IMG/VR virus record: IMGVR_UViG_3300048854_000126
Coordinates: 32,001 to 96,000 of that record
DNA length: 64,000 bases
Source: a virus
Reading direction: 5' to 3' (one strand)
Shown here: one piece after another, positions 56,422-64,000 of the stretch
Layout of the letters: each line of letters opens with the position of its first letter
Numbering within the stretch: the stretch's first letter is position 1
The notes under the pieces: generated by a model
The model's database searches: none
The model's input: only the letters and a program-made list of their open reading frames with translations
What the model was told of the DNA's origin: nothing
Position numbers and translations under genes: made by a program

Positions 56422-56870
56422 TCAAAACGAACTTCAACCCGGAACTGCTGGCCGTGAAGCTTAACCGGCTGGGCAGTGAAGCGAGCCGCAAGATCCTGGC
56501 CGCCATGCGGGAAGAGGGCGACAACATCGCCGCCGAAGCGCGTGCGAACGCGCCTCACAAGGACGGCGACCTCGAGGACGCGATCCAGGTGGTCGAAGAT
56601 CGCGGCGGCGCCAACGGACGGGTGCAGGTCACGGTCCAGGTCGATCCGAGCGCCGCGGGCACTGACGGCCGGCCGGTCATTCAATACGCCCGGATCATGC
56701 ACGAGGCGCTCGCGCCCTACGGCACCGGCGCCTATCAGCTCGACGCGGGCTCGCTTGCCAAGGACGCAGGCTCGGGCAGGGTCGGCGGGAAGTTCATGGA
56801 GCGCGCGATGCGTTCCCGAATCGGCCCGCTGGGTAAGAAGGTGAAGAAAATCGTTAAGGACGCTGAGTAA
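56412..56870 (+). CDS. HK97 gp10-like neck/tail completion protein
   Basis: APHKDGDLEDAI, YARIMHE, KFMERA. Confidence 0.65.
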   Translation: MGLVKTNFNPELLAVKLNRLGSEASRKILAAMREEGDNIAAEARANAPHKDGDLEDAIQVVEDRGGANGRVQVTVQVDPSAAGTDGRPVIQYARIMHEALAPYGTGAYQLDAGSLAKDAGSGRVGGKFMERAMRSRIGPLGKKVKKIVKDAE

Positions 56871-57259
56871 TGGACCTCGAACCGATTGCCGCGCTGCTCG
56901 AGCAGACGCAGTGCGGCGTGCAAGCCAAGACCATCTTCATCAACGAAATGAAGGTGGGAGACGCCGGGATTTTGCTCAAGGCGAGCTATAAGGGCGCGGC
57001 TATCAACCCGGAATTGCCGGGCTTCTTCAAGGGCGAGTTCGCCCTCGTAGCGCGCGGCGCGACCTACGCCGCAACACGGGCGCTGATTAAGAAGGCGATG
57101 TCGGCGCTGACCATCGAGCAGGAAACGCAGGTAGGCGAGTGGCTAGTGAAGTATTGCCGGCCCCGCACGCTGCCGATTAGCTACCCGATTCCGGCGAGCG
57201 GCCTGGTGGAGTTCGTGACGAACATTGACTGTTGTTTCGTCGTGCCTTATGATAAGTAA
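56870..57259 (+). CDS. Probable tail terminator
   Basis: Position before tail tube; TAATG coupling. Confidence 0.55.
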   Translation: MDLEPIAALLEQTQCGVQAKTIFINEMKVGDAGILLKASYKGAAINPELPGFFKGEFALVARGATYAATRALIKKAMSALTIEQETQVGEWLVKYCRPRTLPISYPIPASGLVEFVTNIDCCFVVPYDK

Positions 57260-57303
57260 GCGGTGACTATTCATCGACAGACCTCTTTGCAAAGGAGTTA
57301 CAG

Positions 57304-57825
57304 GTGGCGAGTGATACAAAAAACGTAAAGCTTGGCGTTTGCCAGGCGTTTTACAAGAACGAGGACCTGGGCTACACCCAGGGAGGCGTTCAGGTGACCG
57401 TGACCACGGAAACCCACAAGGTGAACGTTGACCAGTTCGGCAAGACCACGGTCAACGAGATCATCATGAGCCGCGACGTGTCGGTGAAGCTGCCGTTGGC
57501 AGAAACGACGCTGGAAAACCTCGTCACGACCATGCCGGGCGCGACGCTCTCGGGCACGGGCACGGACCAGGTGGCGATTGTGACCACGGGCGTCGGCATT
57601 GACTTGCTGTCGCAGGCGGGCGAGTTGCGTCTGCACCCGATCAACAAGCCGGCGAACGATTTCTCGGAAGACTTCGTGATCCCCTTGGCAGCGACCTCGG
57701 GCGGCCTGACGTTCTCGTATGACGTTGAGAAGGAACGGATCTTCGACGTGACGTTTACGGGCTACCCCGACCCGGACACGAAGACGCTGTTTAAGCTCGG
57801 CGGCAAGCCGGTCACAGCACCGTAA
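57304..57825 (+). CDS. Major tail tube protein
   Basis: AAGGAG RBS, LGYTQGGV, beta-rich; position. Confidence 0.75.
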   Translation: MASDTKNVKLGVCQAFYKNEDLGYTQGGVQVTVTTETHKVNVDQFGKTTVNEIIMSRDVSVKLPLAETTLENLVTTMPGATLSGTGTDQVAIVTTGVGIDLLSQAGELRLHPINKPANDFSEDFVIPLAATSGGLTFSYDVEKERIFDVTFTGYPDPDTKTLFKLGGKPVTAP

Positions 57826-57903
57826 AGCGCGCCCGCTAGAAATAGTAACAGGTGACTATTAAAGGCCGGCTACCACGCCGGCCTGCCTACATCGGAAACG
57901 ATC

Positions 57904-58254
57904 ATGACCAAGAACATCGGCAACATCAAAATCCTCAACCTCGACACGCTCCCGACGAAGGCGCCGAAGCGTTCTATCACCGTGGGCGGTGTCAATTACC
58001 CCGTGCGTGACATGAGCGTCGAGGACTTCATCGAGACGAACGCTGCGGCTGATCGGCTGAAAGACAGCGTGGACGTCGGCGTGCAGCTGGACGAAACCAT
58101 CGCCTCGATCAAACGCTCGGCTGATATCCCCGACGAAGTGCTCAGCAAGCTGCCGCTGGAGAAGCTTGGCGTGCTGGCGGCATTCATTCGCGGCATGTTC
58201 GATCCGGACGCAGCCGACATCGAAGAAGGCACGGGTGAAGAGCCAAAAAAGTAA
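57904..58254 (+). CDS. Tail assembly chaperone (G)
   Basis: Between tail tube and tape measure; ends in A-AAA-AAG. Confidence 0.8.
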   Translation: MTKNIGNIKILNLDTLPTKAPKRSITVGGVNYPVRDMSVEDFIETNAAADRLKDSVDVGVQLDETIASIKRSADIPDEVLSKLPLEKLGVLAAFIRGMFDPDAADIEEGTGEEPKK

Positions 58255-58580
58255 GGCGAGCGGGTGAGCCCGAGGAGCCGGAGCTCGACTTCGGCCTCGT
58301 CTTTACCCGCGTCATGCGGCACTACGACCTGAGCTACTGGGAAGTCATGGAACTTCCCATTCGTGCCTTCTGGACCCTCAACCGCAACATCAACCGGCTG
58401 CTGGCGGAAGAAGACCTCCGCACCCTGATGTTGCACGTATCCCGGCAAAGCGCTGAAGGCTGCCAGGCATACGAAGCAAAGCTCCGGGCTGAAGTATTCC
58501 CCGTAGATGAAGTCTTCGATCCGCTCAATGAGAAGCGGGACGAAAAGGGATTCGCCGAGCTGAAGGCAATGACGCTGTAG
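58245..58580 (+). CDS. Tail assembly chaperone GT extension via -1 frameshift
   Basis: A AAA AAG at 58245-58251; -1 frame open to TAG at 58580. Confidence 0.8.
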   Translation, partial: KKVRRAGEPEEPELDFGLVFTRVMRHYDLSYWEVMELPIRAFWTLNRNINRLLAEEDLRTLMLHVSRQSAEGCQAYEAKLRAEVFPVDEVFDPLNEKRDEKGFAELKAMTL

Positions 58581-58616
58581 GCCGTGTAAACAGAACGCGT
58601 GACTATTAGGACGAAG

Positions 58617-61600
58617 ATGAGTAACAGTCTCGAAAACATTGGCTACAACCTGATTCTGGACGACAGTGGCTTTCGGGTCACCGCTCAGTCCACCGCCGCG
58701 CAGCTGAAGGCGTTGGAGGCGCAGTTCGCGTCAACCGGGCAGGGCGTCAAGGCGATCGAGGCGAAGATCAACTCGGCCGGCGTTACCTTCCACCAGTGGG
58801 TGACGTCGATCGGGGCGGTCAAGTTCGCGCTGATGGACCTGGACAGCGTGTTCCTCACGTTGCCCAAGGCGGTGCTCGAAACCGCTGGCGAGATCGAGAA
58901 GCTCCAGACCGTCCTGAAGGGATTGTCGACAGCCGCCACCGACGCCGGGCGTCAGGCCGACGCGGCGATCGGCAAGAACTTCATCCTGAACCTGGAGCAG
59001 AACGTTCCGTTCAAGCTTCAGGCGCTCACCGACACGTTCGTCAAGCTGAAGACCGTTGGCATCGACCCGCTCAAGGGGTCGATGGAGTCCATTCTGAATG
59101 AGGTTGCGAAATACGGCGGCGGCACCGAACAGCTCAAGAGCGCATCGCTCGCCATCCAGCAGATGGCCGGCAAGGGCGTCGTCTCGCTCCAGGAACTGCG
59201 CATGCAGCTCTCGCAGGCGGTGCCGGGCGCTGCGCAGGCGATGGCTGTCGGCATGGGCATGTCGATGGGCGAGCTCACCAAGGCGATCTCGAAGGGCACC
59301 GTCTCGTCTGAGATGGCAATCCGCAAGATGCTCGCCGTGTTCGCGAACGATTCGCTGGGCGCGGCCAACGAGCAGATGAAGACGTGGCAGGGCTCGCTTG
59401 AAAAGCTGAACACGCGCTGGGACTTGTTCAAGATGGACGTCGCTGACGCCGGCATGTTCAAGGCGGCCAAGGACGAGCTCAACGACATCATGAACCTGTT
59501 CGGCACGCCGCAGGCGCATCAGTGGGCGCGCGGCCTGAGCGACCAGTTCGTCTCGCTGATCGGCTTGTTCCACGACGGGCGTGAAGCGATCACCGAATAC
59601 CTGCCGGAGCTCATTACGCTCGGCAAGGTGCTGCTCGCCGCGTTTAGCGTGACGATGCTCTCGAATTTCATCAGCGGCACGCGTAACGCCCTGACTGGCG
59701 TTGTTTCGTCGTATCGCGACTACGCAGCGAATGCTATCGCCGCTGAGGGCGCGGTCGCCGCCAAGAAGATTTCGGTCACCGAGCAGATCCTCGCCGCTGA
59801 TGCCAAGCGCCGCGAGTCGATCGCGATGGAAAGCGAGCTTCGTCAGGAAGCGCTCGCCCGCGAGATCGCGAACAACCAGAAGCTCATTGTTGAGAACGAC
59901 CGGCGCAACGCCGCGATCGATGCTGCGCGCGCCGCTGAATACGCGAAGGAAATCGAGAACAACCAGCAGTTGCTGGCCGCAAAGCTCGCTCTGTTCGAAG
60001 AGTTGAGCGCGGCCGAGCGCACGTATAGCGCCACATTGCTGGCTGAGCAATACAAGCGCGCCCAGATGGGTATGGCGAACAACAGCGCGACGGCCGCTCA
60101 GTATGCCGCGCAGGCTCGCTATACCGAAGGGCTTGAGCGTGGCCTCGTGTCCATGCAGGCAGAGATCGCGCTGCTCGAAAAGGAATCGGTCGCGCTGATG
60201 GAGCGCACGAACCTGCTTCGGGCCGTGACCGCAGCTGAAGCCGAGGCAACGGCCGCGCAGAACACGCTTAACGCCGCCACCAGCGCCCAGAACGCGACGC
60301 TCGTGCAGAAGAACGCGGCGCTCGCCACGAGCATCAAGGCCGAGCGTGAAGCGGTCGCCAACATGAGCGCGATGACCACGGGCGCAGCGGTGCTCAAGAC
60401 CGGCATCATGGGGCTGCAGTTCGCCTTCAATGCGCTTGGCGGCTGGATCGGGCTCGTCTCGGTCGCGGTCATCGGCGGCATCGCACTGTGGGACCGATAT
60501 AAGGAGCACGCGCAGCAAGCCGCGCGCGCCGCCATCGTTGCCTCCACGGTTGATAAGGCGATCAAGCAGAACAGCGTCACCCAAGGCCAGATCGACGACG
60601 CCAAGTCCGGTATCAAGGACAAGAACGCCCAAATCGACATCCTGAACACGCAGATCGGGATGCGCAAGGCGGGAAGCGACGAGCAGGGTAACTGGATCGG
60701 CCGCAAGGGCGATGACGATCCGGAAATTAAGGCGATGCGCGAGAAGATCGCGGCGCTCAAGGTCGAGGTCAAGAACCTGGACAACGTGCGCGCGGCCGCG
60801 CAGGACTCGTTTGATAAGTCGCAGTCGAAGATCGAAAGCCACAAGTATGCGCAGGGGCTCGAGGACGCCGATAACCAGGCGCTCTCGAACATCTCGGCTA
60901 CCCGCGCCAAACGCGTCGCTGACATTCAGTCGGACTTCAAGGATCGCATTGCCCAGGCAAAGGGCAACGCCAAGCAGGAAGAAGCCGTTCAGAAAGAACT
61001 GAGCGCCCGATTGCATCAGGTCGAGGTTGATACGACCAACGACCGCGTGAAGGTGCTCGAGCAGCGCCGCGACGCGATCAACGACCAGATCAAGAAGGGT
61101 TTCACCGGCAAAGACGCAGCAGCGCAGGCAGAAGCGGCCGCGCAAGCTCAGGAGCGTCTGAACCAGCAGATCGACAACGCGCGCAACCAGAACCAGGCCC
61201 TCGTCGCGCCGAATGACTTCCTGAGCCCGAAGGGTCCAGGCAAGGCCACCGCGCCGCCGACTGACCTGTTGGCGAAGGCACTCGCACGCACCAAGACTCA
61301 GCTCGATGACGCCAAGGGCGAACTGCGGGCGATCGTCACGGGTGCCACCGAGTATGCCCAGTTGCGCATGGACGCCGAAGCGAAGGTTCGCGACCTGTGG
61401 GAAAACGGCCAGCTCAACACCCGCACCCACGGCAAGGGCGCGACCTCTGTGCGGCCCGACTTCAACGGCGCGGGCGTGCAGGGTCTGATCGACAACGAGA
61501 CGCAACTCAAGATCGTTCAAAACGCCAAGCAGCAGATGGATCAGCTGAAGGGCCGCCTCGCGCCGCTGGAGAAAGAATACTCCGAAGGCATGGCGAAGCT

Positions 61601-63116
61601 GATGAACGGCGACACCACGACCGACGCGGGTGAGGAAGACAACTCGGCGCTCAAGTTCCTCGAAAAGCTCTCGTCAAAGTCGCTCCAGGCGGCCAACGAC
61701 CTGGCGCCCGTGATCGAGAACATGAAGCGCATGAAGCTGGTCGCCGACCAGATCGACCTGCTCAACTTCACCCGCGACATCGTGAAGGCAGACCAGGACG
61801 GTCAAGTCGCGCTCATCGACAACACCCGCGACCGCCTTGCTGCCCAGCAAGCGCTTGAGAACGCAGCTTGGGATCGGCAAGCGGCAGAGCGGCTCGGCAA
61901 GGTGCGTGCGCTCGGCGGCAACGTTGAAAAGGAAGAGGCGCTCATCGAGTCCGCGCGCGCAACGCGGCAAGCGCAACAGGCGCGCGACCTCGAGACGCCG
62001 ATGCAAAAGCTCGTGCGCGAGTGGCAGGACTCGACCGCTGAGATGGAAAAGGCGTCCACCAGCTGGGCGAACTCCACGATCGACATGATCGTGAACGCAT
62101 CGAAGACGGGCAAGTTCGAGTTTTCGGACCTCGTGCAGTCGATTTTGCTCGACTTCGAAAAGATCCAACTGCAGAAAGCGTTCGGCCCGGGGCTGCAGGC
62201 TGGCTTTGACAGCCTCACGAACTACGTGTCGGGCGCGCTCGGCTGGAAGTCCAGCACGGCCCCGGTGACCGAAGCCGGTTCGCAGAACGCGGGCCTGGGG
62301 ATGGGCAACGCTGCCGCCGAAGCGAGCGCGGCCGCGATGAAGCTTTTCACCGGCACCGACGATCTCGGCGAGAAGTTCGCGAAGCTCGCCGGCGGCACGG
62401 ACAAGTTCAACTTCACGCTGGGCGACAGCATCGCGAAGACGGCGACCGGCATCACGGTCCAGGACGCAACGAAGACGTCGATGGTGACGCTCGCCGATGC
62501 AGCACTCGCAGCCGCGCATGCGCTCATGTCGATCAGCGGCGGCTCGAGCGGCGGCAGCGGGATTCTGGGCGCGATCGGCGGCGTCGCGAGCGCGGCACTC
62601 GGTTCCTATTTCGGTGGCGGCACGGTTTCGGGCGCACTGGCAGGCACAGGGAGCATGGATACGGGCGCAGGTAGCGGGGCGCTCTTCGGACCCAGCGCTG
62701 GCACGAACACCCTCGGCAACTGGGCATACGGCGGCGGAAAGATGTCGAACCAGTATGGCTTCGCCACGGGCGGAATCATGACCCAGTTCGGCCCGGCTGA
62801 GCTTCGCAAGTATGCCCAAGGCGGCATCGCAAACAGCCCGCAGGTCGCCGTCTACGGCGAAGGCTCGATGAACGAGGCGTTCGTCCCGCTTCCTGACGGA
62901 AAAACCATCCCCGTAACGATTTCCGGTGGCGGCGGCTCGAGCTCGGCACCGCCCGCCGTCACGGTGAATTTGATTAACCAGACCGGCACGCAGGTGAACG
63001 CACAGCAGCAGGGTTCGCCTCGCTTTGACGGCAAACAACTGATCCTCGACATGGTTCTGAGCGCGGCGCAGTCGCCGGGCACGTTCCGTGACGGGTTAAG
63101 GCAGGCCACACGATGA
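58617..63116 (+). CDS. Tape measure protein
   Basis: About 1500 aa, Ala-rich helical; tape-measure N-domain, FATGG/GE..EAFVPL C-terminus. Confidence 0.92.
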   Translation: MSNSLENIGYNLILDDSGFRVTAQSTAAQLKALEAQFASTGQGVKAIEAKINSAGVTFHQWVTSIGAVKFALMDLDSVFLTLPKAVLETAGEIEKLQTVLKGLSTAATDAGRQADAAIGKNFILNLEQNVPFKLQALTDTFVKLKTVGIDPLKGSMESILNEVAKYGGGTEQLKSASLAIQQMAGKGVVSLQELRMQLSQAVPGAAQAMAVGMGMSMGELTKAISKGTVSSEMAIRKMLAVFANDSLGAANEQMKTWQGSLEKLNTRWDLFKMDVADAGMFKAAKDELNDIMNLFGTPQAHQWARGLSDQFVSLIGLFHDGREAITEYLPELITLGKVLLAAFSVTMLSNFISGTRNALTGVVSSYRDYAANAIAAEGAVAAKKISVTEQILAADAKRRESIAMESELRQEALAREIANNQKLIVENDRRNAAIDAARAAEYAKEIENNQQLLAAKLALFEELSAAERTYSATLLAEQYKRAQMGMANNSATAAQYAAQARYTEGLERGLVSMQAEIALLEKESVALMERTNLLRAVTAAEAEATAAQNTLNAATSAQNATLVQKNAALATSIKAEREAVANMSAMTTGAAVLKTGIMGLQFAFNALGGWIGLVSVAVIGGIALWDRYKEHAQQAARAAIVASTVDKAIKQNSVTQGQIDDAKSGIKDKNAQIDILNTQIGMRKAGSDEQGNWIGRKGDDDPEIKAMREKIAALKVEVKNLDNVRAAAQDSFDKSQSKIESHKYAQGLEDADNQALSNISATRAKRVADIQSDFKDRIAQAKGNAKQEEAVQKELSARLHQVEVDTTNDRVKVLEQRRDAINDQIKKGFTGKDAAAQAEAAAQAQERLNQQIDNARNQNQALVAPNDFLSPKGPGKATAPPTDLLAKALARTKTQLDDAKGELRAIVTGATEYAQLRMDAEAKVRDLWENGQLNTRTHGKGATSVRPDFNGAGVQGLIDNETQLKIVQNAKQQMDQLKGRLAPLEKEYSEGMAKLMNGDTTTDAGEEDNSALKFLEKLSSKSLQAANDLAPVIENMKRMKLVADQIDLLNFTRDIVKADQDGQVALIDNTRDRLAAQQALENAAWDRQAAERLGKVRALGGNVEKEEALIESARATRQAQQARDLETPMQKLVREWQDSTAEMEKASTSWANSTIDMIVNASKTGKFEFSDLVQSILLDFEKIQLQKAFGPGLQAGFDSLTNYVSGALGWKSSTAPVTEAGSQNAGLGMGNAAAEASAAAMKLFTGTDDLGEKFAKLAGGTDKFNFTLGDSIAKTATGITVQDATKTSMVTLADAALAAAHALMSISGGSSGGSGILGAIGGVASAALGSYFGGGTVSGALAGTGSMDTGAGSGALFGPSAGTNTLGNWAYGGGKMSNQYGFATGGIMTQFGPAELRKYAQGGIANSPQVAVYGEGSMNEAFVPLPDGKTIPVTISGGGGSSSAPPAVTVNLINQTGTQVNAQQQGSPRFDGKQLILDMVLSAAQSPGTFRDGLRQATR

Positions 63117-63478
63117 GCAATCCAGTTATGCCCTTGGCCGATCTGCAGGACTCGGCCAAATACGACGTCCAACAAGAGAACCCCGCCCTCGGAGGAAAGA
63201 TGGAGGGCGGGTATGTGGCGACTCGCCCACGTCACACCCGGCGACCACGCAAGACGTGGACATCCGGGTTCACGTCGCTGAGCCAGGCGCAGATGACCCA
63301 GATGCAGGATTTCTTCGACTCGGTGCGTGGTGGGTCGGTGATTTTCGACTGGACCAACCCGGCGACCGGCGCAGTGGTCGCCGTGCGCTTTACGACCGAT
63401 ACGACCATGCAGTTCACCTACACAGGCGTCGGCTTCAACCGACGCTATGACGCCACGTTCAAGGTCCAGGAGGCATAA
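63113..63478 (+). CDS. Distal tail protein (lambda gpM-like)
   Basis: Follows tape measure; FDWTNP, ATFKVQE. Confidence 0.7.
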   Translation: MSNPVMPLADLQDSAKYDVQQENPALGGKMEGGYVATRPRHTRRPRKTWTSGFTSLSQAQMTQMQDFFDSVRGGSVIFDWTNPATGAVVAVRFTTDTTMQFTYTGVGFNRRYDATFKVQEA

Positions 63479-64000
63479 ATGGCAAACCGTCTTTCAGTGG
63501 CGAGCGTCATCGAGAAGAACAAGATTTCGAGCGACGTCGCCTATATCGCACTGCTCGACATCGAAGTGCCCGATCCGGTCACGGGCGATGTGCTGGAAAC
63601 GCTGCGCTATGCGAACAACACCGAAGACGTGGTGCGCAAGGGCGTCACGTATCGCGCCGTGCAGTTTTCGCTCGAGCTCAACTCCTCGTCGGGTCAGACG
63701 CCGCAGATCAATCTCGGCTTCTTTGACTATACGCAGGAAGTGCTCTCGAAGATGAAGCAGTTCGCGGGCGGGGTGGGGTTCAACGCGAACATCCAGATCA
63801 TTTCGTCCGATAACTTCGATGGCGATGCAGAGGTCACTGAGTATTTCGAGGTGATCGCAGCCTCCGCGGCCAACTACCAAGTGAACTTCACGCTGGGCGC
63901 CGAGAACGCGCTCACCAAGCAGTTTCCCAAGCGCATCCAGCGCCGCGACTTCTGCCCGTGGGTCTACAAGGACGGCAACACCTGTCGCTACGCCGGCTCG
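63479..64000 (+). CDS. Minor tail protein (gpL-like), truncated by window end
   Basis: ATG at 63479, frame open to the edge; CPWVYK ... C motif. Confidence 0.65.
   Translation, partial: MANRLSVASVIEKNKISSDVAYIALLDIEVPDPVTGDVLETLRYANNTEDVVRKGVTYRAVQFSLELNSSSGQTPQINLGFFDYTQEVLSKMKQFAGGVGFNANIQIISSDNFDGDAEVTEYFEVIAASAANYQVNFTLGAENALTKQFPKRIQRRDFCPWVYKDGNTCRYAGS

Larger units (their letters stand above)
1922..57860. promoter_or_regulatory. Dispersed palindrome AGT(A/C)A-N4-T(G/T)ACT, about 19 copies
   Basis: Copies starting near 1922, 2385, 7647, 11257, 12895, 14259, 15460, 18546, 26167, 36366, 37133, 43399, 45446, 48370, 50426, 53051, 54009, 57252, 57841. Confidence 0.85.
1..64000. mobile_element. 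Large siphovirus-like phage or phage-plasmid genome segment (SSU5/pHCM2-like organisation), open at both ends
   Basis: Continuous phage gene content: recombination and nucleotide metabolism block, small early genes, terminase-portal-scaffold-capsid-tail-tape measure; no host housekeeping operons. Confidence 0.9.

Noticed and set aside
58731-63038. 929-aa and 454-aa reverse-strand ORFs
   Set aside because: Antisense shadows of the tape measure gene

Overview
The window is about 64 kb of one large, GC-rich tailed-phage genome. Gene content and order resemble the SSU5/pHCM2 group of phage-plasmids (inference from gene order, not from a search); no host chromosomal genes, integrase or plasmid Rep are visible. 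From left to right: (1) 1-24 kb recombination, repair and nucleotide metabolism (RecA-like, SleB-like hydrolase, Mre11/Rad50, RuvC-like, NrdAB, ThyX, MazG-like, dNMP kinase, Nmad5-like, DnaQ-like, RNase H); (2) 24-36 kb many small early or accessory ORFs, several behind a repeated ATCC-N24-GARAAT element whose spacer usually forms a hairpin; (3) 36.3-37.7 kb an anomalous block: about 1.1 kb with no [ACT]GG[AC] / [GT]CC[AGT] on either strand, carrying a near-consensus sigma70 promoter and two ORFs, followed by a sharp boundary (candidate cos/genome end) and a G-quadruplex-like tract; (4) 37.8-43.4 kb leftward genes (lipoprotein, RHH protein, CheB-like, SRAP, YoeB/YefM-like, SF2 helicase); (5) 43.4-48.3 kb ParB-N, Tad2-like fusion, ParB-N, ABC ATPase, thioredoxin, GNAT-like and wHTH genes directly upstream of terminase; (6) 48.5-64 kb siphovirus-type head and tail genes, truncated at the window end. 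An AGT(A/C)A-N4-T(G/T)ACT palindrome occurs about 19 times at operon boundaries, and GTAC appears absent throughout. Best candidate for an undescribed system: a packaging-linked DNA-modification cluster paired with a motif-free, probably first-injected gene block. All counts were made by eye and need computational confirmation.
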